Source: Amphiscolops sp. MND2022 | Lineage: Eukaryota | DNA length: 64,000 bases | Assembly: GCA_964187785.1 (NCBI GenBank) | Contig: OZ076409.1 | Location: 74,154,001-74,218,000 of the forward strand | Reading direction: 5' to 3' | Shown here: positions 26,501-40,800 of the stretch, piece after piece | Position numbering within the stretch: position 1 is the stretch's first letter | How the letters are laid out: each line of letters begins with the position of its first letter | The notes under the pieces: generated by a model | What the model was told of the DNA's origin: nothing | Databases searched by the model: none | The model's input: only the letters and a program-made list of their open reading frames with translations | Made by a program: the position numbers and the translations under genes

Positions 26501-29500
26501 GGGGAAACCCCAACAAAATTTTTGGAGGATTCGGGTAGGGTCCTGAATCCGAGTTCAGTGCTGCCAGCTTTCGTTAAGAAAATTTGGATAGGATTCGGGA
26601 TCTCGTGATCTAACCATAGGATTTTAAAGTTGGAGCGGCCCCCACCAGATTTTCCGAAAATTAGCGCCCCCCACCGGGTTCCATACCCCGGAAAATTTTT
26701 TTCTGGCCACACGGGCGACCGTTAGGGGGTCATTTTAGGGGTAAAATTCATATTGGGCCACATAACTTTTTTTCTGTTGATTTAAAACTTTGGGACCCTG
26801 CTAAAAGTTTCTTGGCCGTGTTGCAGGGGCCCCGGAGGTCCAAACCAAATTTTTCTATCTTGAAGCTATCTCCAAGTACCCCCCCGCCCAAAACGTTATT
26901 TTTCCGGAAACGCAGGTTTTTGACCCGGAAGGAGTCGTCGGAGCGCGGGGTCGTTAGGTGATGTATTGGGGACGGCCTTGAGACGAAGTGGGGGACATGC
27001 AGTTTGCCAACCCCAGTTTACCCCCCGGACGGGAAATGACCGTTATATGAGCGGGAAAAATGTCCCCCTCCACGTTTTACCGCTATTTCCGGTGTGAAGG
27101 AATGGGAGTAGCGCGTCGGGTGCCATATATCAAAAGTAGGTTTAGACAAGGATCTATCGGAAACATGTGGTTTGGGACCCCCTAGACCAACCCGTTAGCA
27201 GGAAATGGGGCTTCCGGCCCGTTTTTTTACGGTTAAAAACGGAAAATGGGCATTGAGGGGTAAATATCTCGTGAACGCGTGGAGCTACGGTGTCCTTCAC
27301 TACTTCAAGGTTTCATACCCATGATATGGTGCCTTCAGGGGGGCAAACAGATTTCCGCTATCTATCACCGTTACGGACTTGGCCCCCCAGCCTAACCGTT
27401 AAGTGACCGGAAATGTCATATTTTGAGCCCAAAGGGTCGGTCCCAGCCAGGGAACGTTAGGTAACTTATTGTAGTACTCATTGAGACGAGTTGGGGGACA
27501 TAGTTTCAGTCACCCCCCGTTACCCCTTGGGACCGGAAATGACCGTTATGTGAGTAAATTTGCCATTTTTGTCCTATTTGAAGGGCATTTAGACGCGGAA
27601 GGAGTGGTAACAGGTGCTTGGACACTATATGAGGTAAGGGAGGACGTGAGGCGAGCATTCGGACATAACCGTTATGTTGACCCTAAAGTCCCCCTGGTAC
27701 CGTAAACGACCGGAAATGGTCAAATTTCGTATTTTTAGGGTACAAATGTTTGGTATTTTATGGAATAAAGTACATGGAAGGTGTTTCAAAGGCATCCAGA
27801 AATGAACATAGTCATGAAACCTTGAGGGGGGTAACGGTATATAACACCGGAAGTCCAAGCCGTTGGACACAGTATAGGTTTTTGGGTTTTAAAATGCTTA
27901 TGAACGTACATTTGTGGGTTGAATTGTTCTAATATTGACTATTTTCGATATTTTTTGACATTAAAGGTTTTTCCAATAGTTTCAGGGACCTCCAAAGCTT
28001 CAATCAACATAACCTTTACATTATGATAGCCTTTCAAGTTGGCCTGGTGTCAACTTGGAAGGGCTATCCTTCACAAATCGTATATCAAGTGTGTTTTTGA
28101 GTAGGTTTTTATCACTTTAGTATCAATTAGAGCTTAATCATTAGTTTGCCAACGACAAAAACCATGTCGTGATGATTCCGTTAGTAGAAGAATAGTTAAC
28201 AACTTGTTGACAAAGTTGATTTTTTTGCATTTAAAATGTTTCCTAAATGCCAGGAAAACGATTTACGTTATAAATGGTACTGATTGACCCAAATAACAGT
28301 TAAAAAAAGTTAAACATTATTTTTTCGTTTCATTATAGAAGCTGAAACCTCACGTTTTAACTTAATTAACGTCAACGCCACATACTTTACATCAACGCCC
28401 ACCGTCTGTGGGCATGCCGAGGCATGCCCTTCGACGACATATACCAAAATCCAATATATCTACACCCGATTGCGGTAGCAGCTAGGTGCGGGGGGGTAAC
28501 CCCAACAAATATATTGGAGGATTCGGGTAGGGTCCTGAATCCGATTTTAACTCTAATAGCTATCGATAGGAAATCTTGCAAAAATTTCGGGATCTCGTGA
28601 TCTAACCATAGGATTTTAAAGTTGGAGCGGCCCCCACCAGATTTTCCAAAGTTATTCGCCCCCCACCGGGTTCCAGCGTGATTGAAATATTTTGTCGGGG
28701 TACACGGGCGACCGTTAGGGGTCATTTTGGGGGTAAAATTTATAAAAGTTCGCATAACTTTTTTCCTGTTGGTTTAAAACTTTAGGACCCTGCTAAAAGT
28801 TTCTTGACCATGTTGCAGGGGCCCCGGAGGTCCAAACCAAATTTTTCTACCTTGAAGCTATCTCCAAGTACCCCCCCGCCCAAACCGTTATTTTTCCGGA
28901 AACGCCGGTTTTTGACCCGGAAGGAGTCGTCTGAGCGCGGGGTCGTTAGGTGATGTTTTGGGGACGGCCTCGAGACGAAGCGGGGGATATATAGTTTGCC
29001 GACCCCAATTTACCCTCCGGACGGGAAATGACCGTTATATGAGCGGTAAAAAAGCCCCCCTCCACGTTTTACCGCTATTTCCGGTGTGAAGGAGTGGGAG
29101 TAGCGCGTCGGGTGTTATATAACAAAAGTAGGTTTAGACAAGGACCTATCGGAAACATGTAGTTTGGGACCCCCTGGACCAACCCGTTAGCGGAAAATGG
29201 GGCTTCCGCCTCCTTTTTTTACTGCTAAAACCGTAAAATGGGCATTGAGGGGTAAATATCTCGTGAACGCGTGGAGCAATCGTGTCCATCACTACTACAA
29301 GGTTTCATACCCATGATATGGTGCCTTCAGGGGGGCAAACAGATTTCCGCTATCTAACACCGTTACCGACTTGGCCCCCCAGCCTAACCGCTATGTGACC
29401 GGAAATGTCACTTTTTAAGCCCAAAGGGTCGGTCCCAGCCGGGGAACGTTAGGTAACTTATTGTAGTACTCAATGAGACGAGTTGGGGGATATAGTTTCA

Positions 29501-30459
29501 GTCACCCCCCGTTACCCCGTGGGACCGGAAATGACCGTTATGTGGGTAAAATTGCAATTTTTATACTTTTTCAAGTGTATTTAGGTGCGGAAGGAGTGGT
29601 AATAGGTGCTTGGACACTATATGAGGTAAGGGAGGACGTGAGGCGAGTATTCGGAAATAACCGTTATGTTGACCCTAAAGTCCCCCTGGTACCGTAAACG
29701 ACCGGAAATGGTCAAATTTTGTGTCTATTGGGTTCAAATGTTTAGTATTTTGTAGATAAAAGTATCTATTAGGTGTTTCGACGGTCTGCAATAGTGAACA
29801 TAGTCATGAAACCTTGTGGGGGGTAACGGGGTATATAGCACCGGAAGTCCAAACCGTTGGACACAGGATAGGTTTTTGGTTTGAAAATGTCTTTCGGCGT
29901 ACTTTTGTCGACTATTATGGACTATTATTAAAAATTAAAGTTTTTCCATATAGTTTCAGAGACTCCGAAACCTCAACCAACATAACCGTTACATTTTGAT
30001 AGCCTTTCAAGTTGGCCTGGTGTCAACTTGGAAGCGCTATCCTTCTGAAATCGTTAATCAAGAGTGTTTTTGGGTAGGTATATATTGCATTAGTACCAAT
30101 TAGAGCTTCATCAACAGTGTATCAACGACAAAAACTATGCCGTCATGATTCCGTTATTAGAATCATAGTGAGCAAATTGTTGAAAAAAATGGTTTTTTCC
30201 ATACAAAATGTGTCCTAAATGCCAGGAAACCTATTTACCTAACAAATGGTATTAATTGGAATGTATGTAACAGATTTATAAAAGTTCAAATTGAATATTA
30301 CATTTCATTATGGAAGCTGAAACGTCATATTTTAGTTTAATTAACGTCAACGCCACACACTTTACATCAACGCCCACCGTCTGTGGGCATGCCGAGGCAT
30401 GCCCTTCGACGACGTATACCAAATACATACCCAAACGACGCCCGTACATGCCGGGCTAG
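20571..30459 (+). mobile_element. Five consecutive ~2-kb units (1975, 1974, 1974, 1992, 1974 bp)
   Basis: Heads read GTGCGGGGGGG(A/T)AACCCC. The body is largely unrelated to the 1.3-kb core, but the junction, head box and terminal palindrome are the same. Unit 22546 is nearly identical to unit 28486. Confidence 0.85.
22082..22125 (+). other. Internal hairpin of the 2-kb family GATAGCCTTTCAAGTTGGC-CTGGT-GTCAACTTGGAAGGGCTATC (representative)
   Basis: Imperfect inverted repeat present in all six 2-kb units. A related stem lies at 11226-11270. Confidence 0.8.
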
Positions 30460-31529
30460 GTGGTCAAGGGGGATGCCCATCAGAAAATATTGCGAGGCCG
30501 GGGAGGGTCCCGAGAGCCGAGCACATTCTATCAATTCCTACCTTCAGGATTGCGAAGTATTTTAACCGATCTCGAAATTCACCCGTAGGATTCGTCTGAA
30601 ACTTTGCATGTGGCTTTATCTCAAAAATTTAAGAACTTTTTTCTGCTGACGTTTTTCCAGGAAAATTCATTTTGTAGGGTTTTTTTGCGTTTTTTTGGTT
30701 TTTTTCATCTTTTTTCATCTTTGATTAATCAATGACCGAATCAAAGGCCATTTTCACCATGAAGGAAAGCCCGTAGCGGCAAAGTGCACTTTTATGAAAA
30801 TCATCAACGGTCAACGGTCTTTCGAACGGTCCAAAAAAATTTCCCCCCGGTGGCAACCAAAGTGCCGAAAAGTGCCAAATATATTTTTTTGACTGAATCA
30901 CTTTGATCAAATTGATGATTTGAGCAGCCGGAACGGTCCGCACGGTCTCGGACAATAAGGTCAAAAATTGTCAACATCCAATGGAGGTTCCAAAAATGTA
31001 ATTCGTTCACCTGTAGGAGACATCAGAAAAAAGTTGATTTTTTGGAGTTTTGGCATTATGACTGATCGGATGATAAATCATTGCATCACGTTGAGTTGCA
31101 TTTGATGCAGCACACGAAGCAGCTGTAGCGAACTTGAAACTGCTTAGGGGGCTGGGGTTTACTATCTGTAACAAGCAAAATATCCCTTGGGCAAAAGGTA
31201 TGCCAAAAAGTGCCTCAAAGTGTTAATTAAGTTGTTGCAAATCGGCTAGCAAAATTCATTGTCACCGGTGTTCCGTGAGTTGCGCAGCATCTCGCGGGAA
31301 CAACGGTGCTTGTTTCGAACGCAAAACCCAACATACCTCTTTGGTGACGTGACGGAGGTCACCATTGGCCTTTTTCGGCAGTGTGATGATATTTTTATTG
31401 TTGAATTGTGAACAACATACACAAAAGATTTAGCGTGGGATATTTGTTTGCGTCATACTTCAGTAACAAACTTTCAACCGTTTTGTTTAGGCCTCTACCT
31501 AGCAGTGCTCTAAATCGCTCCATCGCTAG
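30460..31529 (+). mobile_element. Unique 1070-bp unit lacking the terminal palindrome
   Basis: Bounded by CTAG|GTG at both ends. It carries the head box (30500) and the CTGAAACTTTGCATG and CTGACGTTTTT head motifs. The remainder is unique in the window. Confidence 0.7.
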
Positions 31530-34500
31530 GTGGTCAGTGCTCTGGCGTTCATTTTTTTCCGGCCGTGGGGGAGGGCCCCTCTGAGGCCGGTCATTTTTCA
31601 GGTAACAGCTTTCTTATACAAAAAAGCGGGAAAAAACCTCAGTGCTCAAATCCCAACCGTCAGAATGAGCTGAAATTTGGCATGTAGCTAGTGCATTGCA
31701 AATGATTAGGATGGGTTATAACGCTATGTTTGGCAAAATTGGTTTTGTTGCATTTTTTTGTCATATAGGGCCAAAAATGGCCTTTTTTGCGTATTTTTTG
31801 CTTGACTAGCTAATAACTCGCGTTGGGTTGGTACTAGCGATACGGGTGTGGGGTATGGAATTGAAAGATTACCAAGTACCTTGCTGATGACGTTATTTGA
31901 TTTCCGCTCACATCACCCACCACGCCGGAAATGCCCAATTTGTCACTTCCGGTCGCTATTTTTGACTTTTTTGGATGGAGTTAAAACCCATTTCCGGTGT
32001 GAAGGAGTAGGTTGAGCGCTCCAACCACGATTTACTAAAAGTAGGTTTAGACAAAGTCCTTTCAAGAAAAAAGTAATATGAGCCCGTACCTATCACCCGC
32101 TCACCGGAAATAGGGGTCACGCCTCCTTTTTCTGTGTTGCAAAAGTTACATGTGCACATTTGTCCAACTCCGAAGCCCCGGAGCACCGTGGGACCCTTAT
32201 ACTTTCTAAACACCTATCCCACACGCTACCGGAAGTGACCGGAAGTTTCACCGGAAATGACATCCTTGGACCGGAAATGGTCAAAAAATGACTTTTCAAT
32301 GCAAAATAGACACATTTGGTGCGATTTTTAGGCAAAAAGCATAGTTCGTGAAACGCTTGTTGCAGTTGGAAGGGCCATTGTTCAGCAAGAATGCGTACAG
32401 CATTACGTAGCACATCAAGTAGTTGATACTTTTTCGTCCATAATATCCTTAGGACCGGAAATGGCCATTTTTGAATCGGAAACTTCTTCAGCTTGATTTT
32501 TAACAGGTTTTTCCGCAATATTAGCGTAAGAATTGCTCGTCGGATGTTGTAGGTCTATTTTAAAACTAGCTAACTGCTTCTTAGAAATGTATTTCAGAAG
32601 TCCCAACCAATTCCAGAATACCGGAAATAAGAGTAATTGCCTCCTTTATGACCTTTGAATAATAAATTGTTAAAATCCGCATATTATTTTTTTCCACACT
32701 TGTTGCTGAGATTATATCTAAGCAATAACATGTGCTTGTCATGAAGTGCTGTAATGTGGGAGTTACGAATATTGCTATTTAAGAGTATTACATACGTGAA
32801 TATCCGCCGTAATAAAGATTTTTTAAAACAACCACTTTTGAAGTCCTATAGATTGTCCGCACACCCGAAACAATTCAAGTTTCTAGTTTCGATTTTAAGG
32901 CTTCCGCGACTATTTAGTTGAGATGATAGTTTTCACGTTCTCTGCAAAACGTGCATTTCATTGTGTTTTTGACATTTATTGGGCTGTTTCACATTGTAAT
33001 TCAAAACTAATTGATCATACAATTTGGAACAATTGAAAATTTTCAATTGAACATTAAATGTTTTAATAGTTTCTCTTTCGTTGAAGATACTATTTTGTGG
33101 CCATTAGAACAGGTTGAATTAGTTGAATAAGTAGCCAGTGCGATACATCGTTTAATACATAGCGTTTGACATCGGTTTTTTTGCGAACAAAGACAAGCAT
33201 GATTTGTTGAAAGTTTTTACCATATCGCTTCAAATCGGGTGTGACAAACAAGGAATTTCTCGTTTTATGTGCTACTCCGAAAGCAACCTGAAAACGCAAA
33301 TCGATCTATTGAATTATCGAGATGAAACTAAGCATTTCAAGTCTGGATTTCAATTTAATTCTATCACTCCGGTCTATTTTTATGTCGCAAGAGTGATAAA
33401 GCGTGTTAGCAAGGTTAAACACATCGAACAATTTTAATAATAAAGCCTCCGGAAAGGGAAGAAAAAATGAGTTTTCCTGTCAAAACTATGATAACCACGT
33501 ACGAAACATCAAGTTTTTGTATTGTTCAATAGTCCAAAACGTGAATGAAGTTTTTAAATATCCAAGCGTTTCTAATCAAGCATGCGTTTCAAATGTCTGA
33601 CAGGGCAGCATCGTTCTCAAAAAACATTGCTTTCAATGTGGTTTGATACCAGCAAAACGAACGTAGGCACAACCAGATTCTCAAATTTCTTGCAAAACAG
33701 CCGATTTCTTTGAAAATCCTAATTGATTTCACAGGGTATATGGTGAAACCCTGTTGGATTCCAAAAATGAAAAGCTGATTTCTTGGGTTTGCGAGATAAA
33801 AGACAACGGGAATCTGAAAGCAAGTCATCTCAATAAAATACCTGTTGCTCTTTAAACAAATGGACTTTAGTAGTCGAAATTTTTTCTCAGACACTTTCGA
33901 TCAGAGAATGTTTGAGTCCTAACGTTCGAATCAGGTTGGTTTCAGGTGGCTCGAAGTGCCAGCTGAACCAACCTTTCAAATAAAGAAAAACCCCACATCT
34001 CCCTTCATGCCACGCTACCCCGTATAGCGTTTCAACTTGACAGAAGTTGGAACGTTTGATTTTGGCGTCGCTTGGGATTGACACACCAGTGTTGATACTA
34101 AATTTGGCAAAGAGAAATCGCAGAAATGATTGTTTCTTTTTTTCCCTTTGATTTAGTCTGTCGAGCGTACAAAGCAGTTTGGGAAACTAACTTGCATTTC
34201 CACTGAACGAAAAAAAGTAGTAGCCTTGCAAACTCCTGGAAGAAATTGAATCAGGTTTTCCTATTTGTGAGATCAGCTGTCACTCAATTATCAATTACTT
34301 TTTTAAAAATTTTTAGGAACAACTAACCTAACTCTGCTCGACTCTCTTGAATAATGCAACAATCGTTTACTGATCTGTACTCGTGAGAAAAAAATCAACT
34401 GCAGGTCCAAAAACAATCTATATATCTTTGGTTTATTCCGTGCAAAGCTTTTTTTCACACCATGTGACTCAACTATAACATGTATGTAATGAAACCAATA

Positions 34501-34599
34501 ACACCTTCAACTATCAACGCCCACCGTCCGTAGGCATGCCAAGGCATGCCTTTCGACGACGCGCGCCGGAAACAATCTAACGGCGCCACCCGCTTCTGG
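31530..34599 (+). mobile_element. Unique 3070-bp unit carrying ~1.8 kb of AT-rich cargo
   Basis: Head box at 31568. Bases ~31990-32060 resemble the 2-kb family (ATTTCCGGTGTGAAGGAGT...AAAAGTAGGTTTAGACAA). Variant palindrome at 34532-34551. Ends in CTGG. Confidence 0.75.
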
Positions 34600-35869
34600 G
34601 TGGACGGGAACTTTTTTTCCTGCATTTTTCTGTCCAATTGGGGGAGGGGCCCCAAGTGGCTGTTATCCGGTTTTACTACCTACCCTAAACACGCTCAAAA
34701 AATGACGATCTCGAAAACCACCCCTTAGATTTTCCTGAAACTTTGCATACAGGCCTAGAATCAAATCCTAAGAACTATTTCCTACTGGCGTTTTTCCGAA
34801 TTTTTTCAAAAAGTTGGTCAAAAATGCAACAAAAGTTGCCAATGGACATAAAAAACGCAACTTTTCGACTTTGAGGGCCCATAACTTTTTCAAAGTGCCC
34901 GGAGCGATTCGCACAATAACAACAATATTGCTCAGCATTGTCGGGGGAGTGCGTGGACAAATTTTGGTTTGAATCGGATGAAAAATGACTGAGAAATAAA
35001 CGCAAATTTTCGTGCTTTTGTTGCAAATACCAGTCTATCTCTGCCATTTTCGCCCAAAATTTTTCCCAGAGCCTTTACAGGAGGCAACCCCTGCCCAAAT
35101 TTCTGCCGAGCAAACCCATTTGGCCCTAAATACGAAGTTTCAGCGTTCTAGCATTTCCGGGCAAAAAGTTGTGGGACTTAGAAAAATTTCAAAAAAACGC
35201 AAAAATTGTAAAAAGTAACTTCTGGCGTCCCAAAGTCAGGAAACTTTCACACAACTAGTATTGCAAGTGAATGCATGTGGAAAGTACTCGGCTGGACGAG
35301 AACAATGAGCTATAGAACGACTCTGTAGCTTAATTTGACGTTGACTTAGAACATTTTGATTGTGAGCGTCCTATAGGATTTTAATGTCAAAAATGAGATT
35401 TTGTAAGTCATGACTCATCAAAAACTCATTGGAATACGTTCAATCATCCCCATAGCTGTTCAATCACCGTTGCTTAGTATAGCAACGCCATTTAATGTCT
35501 TTGGACTCATTTTGAAAATTCTTCTTACCGTCTTATTCGTCCGATATCACGAAACAGTTGAGTACATTCCATCTCCCCCTTGTGGGGGAGATGAGAATGT
35601 ACTCGCCAAAGACCTGATACAATGGCCCATATTGGTTTTTATTTGACCTTTCTCACAATATTGCACACGGATAGTTGTGTTTGGTAAAAGTTTTCCTTCG
35701 CACCATGTCTCCAGAAGCTAAACCACTTCTTTACCTTACTACTACTCAAACATCACTAACGTCAACGCCACATATTCGCATCAACGCCCACCGTCCGTGG
35801 GCATGCCGAGGCATGCCCTTCGACGACGTATGCCAAATAGCGCCACAGGGCGCCCCCAATTTCCGCTAG
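34600..35869 (+). mobile_element. Divergent 1270-bp unit related to unit 8916-10188
   Basis: Similar head (GTGGACGGGAAC...GTGGCTGTT) and identical tail CCAAATAGCGCCACAGGGCGCCCCCAATTTCCGCTAG. Confidence 0.8.
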
Positions 35870-37854
35870 GTGCGGGGGGGTAACCCCAACTTTTTTCTTG
35901 GAGGAATCGGGTAGGGTCCTGATTCCGAGTTCAGTGCCGCCAGCTATCGTTAAAAACCCATACCTTTTAAACCCGATCTCGGGAACTAACCACGCCCCTT
36001 CTTTAATTTTTTGGCCCCCACTCAGTTTTTGAGAGTAGATCGCCCCCCACTGGGTTCCAAGTTGGGCAAAAATGGAGGTCATGGGTAACGGGGACCGTTA
36101 AGGGGTAACTCAGGGGGTAAAATTTATTTTTTGCGTCATATCTTTTCCCCCCGTGGATTTAGCGCTTCCGGTCAGCAGACAAAACCTCATGTACGTGATA
36201 CGGGGCCTCCGTAGGTCCAAACAAAATTTTTCTATCATGCACCGTTACGGACTTGCCCCCCCGGCCCAACCGTTATTTTACCGGAAATTGCACTTTTTGA
36301 CCGGGAAGGAGTCGTCTGAGCACGGAGTCGTTTGGTAATGTTTTGTAGTGCATCTGGAGACGTGTTGGGGGACATGTAGTTTGCCGGCCCCAGTTTACCC
36401 CCCGGACGGGAAATGACCGTTATGTGAGTTTTAAAATTACCCCCCTTCAATTTTCCCCGTTATTTCCGGTGTGAAGGAGTGGGAGTTGCGCGTCGGGTGC
36501 CATATATCAAAAGTAGGTTTAGACAAGGACCAACCGGAAACTTGTGGTTTGGGACCCCCTGACCCAACCCGTTAGCCGTTATAAGGGTGATCGCCTCCTT
36601 TTTTTACTCTCAAAACCGGAAAACGGGCATTGAGGGGTAAATATCTCGTGAACGCGTGGAGCAATCGTGTCCATCACTACTACAAGGTTTCATACCCATG
36701 ATATGGTGCCTTCAGGGGGGCAAACAGATTACCGCTATCTATCACCGTTACCGACTTGGCCCCCCAGCCTAACCGCTATGTGACCGGAAATTGCACTTTT
36801 TGAGCCCAAAGGGTCGATCCTAGCCGGGCAACGTTAGGTAACATATTGTAGTACTCATTGAGACGAGTTGGGGGATATAGTTTCAGTCACCCCCCGTTAC
36901 CCCTTGAGACCGGAAATGACCGTTATGTGGGTAGAATTGCCATTTTTGTCTTATTTGAAGGGCATTTAGATGCGGAAGGAGTGGTAATAGGTGCTTGGAC
37001 ACTATATGAGGTAAGGGAGGACGTGAGGCGAGCATTCAGACATAACCGTTCTGTTGACCCTAAAGTCCCCCTGGTACCGTTAACGACCGGAAATGGCCAA
37101 ATTTTGTGTTCATAGGGTACAAATGTTTAGTATTTTATGGATAAAAGTACATGGAAGGTGTTTCAAAGGCCTCCAGAAGTGAACATCGTCATGAAACCTT
37201 GTGGGGGGTAACGGTATATAGCACCGTAAGTCCAAACCGTTGGTCACAGAATAGGTTTTTTGGTTTCAAAATGTCTTTAGGCGTAGTTATGTGGGTTGAA
37301 TTGTCATAATATCAACTATTACGGACTTTTTTCGGAAATAAAATTTTTTCACATTAGTTTCAGAGACCTCCAATGCTTCAGTCAACATAACCGTTACATT
37401 TTGATAGCCTTTCAAGTTGGCCTGGTGTCAACTTGGAAGGGCTATCCTTCTAAAATCGTTAATCAAGAGTGTTTTTGGGTTGCATTAGTACCAATTAGAG
37501 CTTCATCAACAGTTTGCCAACGGCAAAAACGATGTCGTGATAATTCCGTTATAAGAATATTAATTAACAAATTGTTTACAAAGTTGATTTTTTTCATTTA
37601 AAATGTGTCCTAATGCCACCAAATTGAATAAAATAATAAATGGTATTGACTAAAACTAAATAACATTGAAAAAGAAGATCAATATTTTTAATAGGTCTCA
37701 TTATGGAAGCTGAAACCTCACGTTTTAACTTAATTAACGTCAACGCCACATACTTTTCATCAACGCCCACCGTCTGTGGGCATGCCGAGGCATGCCCTTC
37801 GACGACGTTTACCAAACAACCTCCATATCTACACCCGATTGCGGTAGCAGCTAG
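35870..37854 (+). mobile_element. Isolated 1985-bp member of the 2-kb family
   Basis: Collinear with the units at 20571-30459 but more diverged in its first ~600 bp. Flanked by 1.3-kb units at CTAG|GTG junctions. Confidence 0.85.
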
Positions 37855-40800
37855 GTGCCGGGATTTCCATTCGATAAGGGATTCTGCGCGTGTGGGTAGG
37901 GCCCCTGGCGCGCTCCTGTGTTTTCGGTTTTCCTACTCCAAATTCACACCCCAGTTATCTCCGATCTCGTAAACTATCCATACGATTTGGCTGAAATTTG
38001 GCACACGTACCCCCCTCGGCACGGTGAAGATGATTTCCTACTGACGTTTTTCCCGCTAAACATTTTTTGTTGACCAAAATAACGGTTTTTGGGGTAAAAT
38101 TTTCAACTTTTTTTAAATTTTATCTTATATCTCGCCACGGGTACACGCTAGCGCTTCCAAACCTTGCTGACGAAAGTTTGCAAACTGTCTCAGGAATGCT
38201 GTGTGAAATTTTCAGCTCAATCGGACTTAAACTCGAGGAGATATAGCGTTTTTCCGGAGCGGGGGGGTTTCATTTTTCTAACGGTCCAGCTTATCTTTGC
38301 CATTTTTTCGAAAATGCACTCGCCTAAAGGCCTCCCCTGGCCGGTTTTATTCCCAGCAAAACCATTTGGCCCTAAATACGGAGTTTCAGCGTTCCAGCAT
38401 TCCCGGGCGAAAAGTTGTGGGACTTAGAAAATTTCAAAAATTTTCAAAAATTTTTTTTCCGTTATTTGGGCCCCCAAAGTGGGGGAAAAGACCCCCCAAC
38501 CAGTAAAGCAAGTGAATGCATGTGCAAAGCCCTTGTTTAGAGGAGAAAAATGCCGTTTAGAACGTCTTTTTATCTTGGCTCAACGTTGACTTATGACGTT
38601 TTGAAGGTGATGTTTGGAGGTGTAAATCACGTGAATAGTAAACGTTATGAGTATTTATCTGATCTGAAAGCCATTGAGATGCAATATGGTTTGCTCAAAA
38701 CGTAATTCATGGCAGTTTGGCAATCAATCAACACCCTTTGTTGTCGTTTGACATACTTTTTTGTTGTTATAATAAAAATTTTGTGTATTTGTTCATTTTT
38801 TTCTCATCAAATAACTTGAAACAGTTGAGTACATTCCATCCCCCCTTCCGGGGGAGATGAGAATGTACTCGCAAAAAGCAGCGAATTACGGCCCTTACCT
38901 TCCCGAGCTACGCAGTATAAGGATTACATATTGGTTCCGACATTTTCATAGAGTTAAATCTTGGTAATCTGTCTGGATATGCAGAAAAATCAGCACGTGC
39001 CTTTTAATACCAAGTTGCTCACAACGACAATTATTTTATATCAACGCCCCCATATTTATCAACGCCCCCCGTCCGTGGGCATGCCGAGGCATGCCCTTCG
39101 ACGACGTATACCAAGATATACATCGAGCGCGTTAGCCTAGGTGCCGGGATTTCTATTCGATAAAGTATTTTGCGCGGTTGGGTAGGGCCCCGTGAGCGCG
39201 CCAGGGGATTGTGTTAGAACAACCGGAAATTCGGCATACGATTTTGGCGATTTTCTAAACTATCCATACGATTTGGCTCAAATTTGGCATACGGGTTCCT
39301 GAGACAGATATAAGAACTAATTCCTACTGGCGTTTTGCCCGGAAAATTTTTTTTGTTGCCCAAAATTGAAATTTTCGGCAAAAAAATGCGATTTTTTTTG
39401 AAAAATTTTTTTTGAGAGGCCATATCTTTTTTCAGGGAGCCCGGAGCGGGACGCGTTAAACTAATTATAAACTCTACGGTTCATGGGCTTTACGGAGAAC
39501 CTAGGCTCGTTTCGATCGGACAAATAGTCTTGGAGATATAACTGCATTTTTTGGGAATTTTTTGGAAATTTTTCTAACGGTCCAGCTTATCTTTGCCATT
39601 TTTTCGAAAATGTACTCGCCTAAAGACCTCCCCTGGCCGGTTTTATTCCCAGCAAAACCATTTGGCCCTAAATACGAAGTTTCAGCGTTCTAGCATTCCC
39701 GGGCGAAAAGTTGTGGGACTTAGAAAAAAATTTTTGAAAACGCAAAATGTGTAAAGTCAACTTCAGGCCTCCCAAAGTCAAGAAACTTCCACACAACTAG
39801 GATTGCAAGTGAATGCATGTAGAAAGTACTCGAATAGACGAGAAAAATGAGCTATAAAACGACTCTGTAGCTTAACTTGACGTTGACTTATGACATTTTG
39901 AGTGTGAGCTTGCTTTGTGATAAAAAAAGCAAAACATGAAAATGGAAGCAAAGTCTCGTCGAAAACCCATCGGAATACGTTCAATACATCCCAAAGCAGC
40001 TTATTTCCAAGTGTCTGGTCCAGCAACACTATTCAAGAACATTTGACCCATTTTTATAAGTTTTGACACCGTATTATTCATCCGAGAGCACGAAACAGTT
40101 GAGTACATTCCATCTCCCTTTCGGGGGAGATGAGAATGTACTCGCTAAAGTCCAGGTACTACAGCCCATATTTGTTTTTATGCAACGCTCTTTATGCTAG
40201 TGCGCACACGTATTATTCTTTGAACTGAATTTTCTCTTGTCGGCACTTTGACTTTGACTTGACATATACTGAATATTTTGTCCTTTTAATATACACATGA
40301 CTAACGTCAACGCCCCATCCTTGCATCAACGCCCACCGTCCGTGGGCATGCCGAGGCATGCCCTTCGACGACGTGCACCAAGATATGTTCGAGCGCGTTA
40401 GCCTAGGTGCCGGTGTTTTTCACGACAAAGAAAGTTGCGCGCTTTGGGTAGGGTCCCGGCGCGCTTTTGGGGTTCATTTTAACAACCTGATCTCCCGTTG
40501 CACGTATGTCCGATTTTCCAAACTATCCTACCAATTTTGCTGAAATTTTGCATGTGGGTCCCTATGGACATTCTAAGAACAAATCCCTACTGGCGTTTTG
40601 CCCGGAAAATTTTTTTTGTTGACTTATTGACAATTTTAGGTGCCGAAAATGACGTTTTTTCAAAAAAAAATTTTTTAAGAGCCCATATCTTGCTCCCAGG
40701 TGCCCGGAGCGGGTCGCATGTGGACGTTGATATTGCTAGGCACTTCGTAAGGAGTCTGTAGACAAATTTCGGTTCAGATTGGATGAAAATTGATTGAGTA

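Noticed and set aside
31503..31543. CAGTGCTCT on both sides of the 31530 junction, resembling a target-site duplication
   Set aside because: The copies are not adjacent to element ends in TSD geometry and nothing similar occurs at other junctions.
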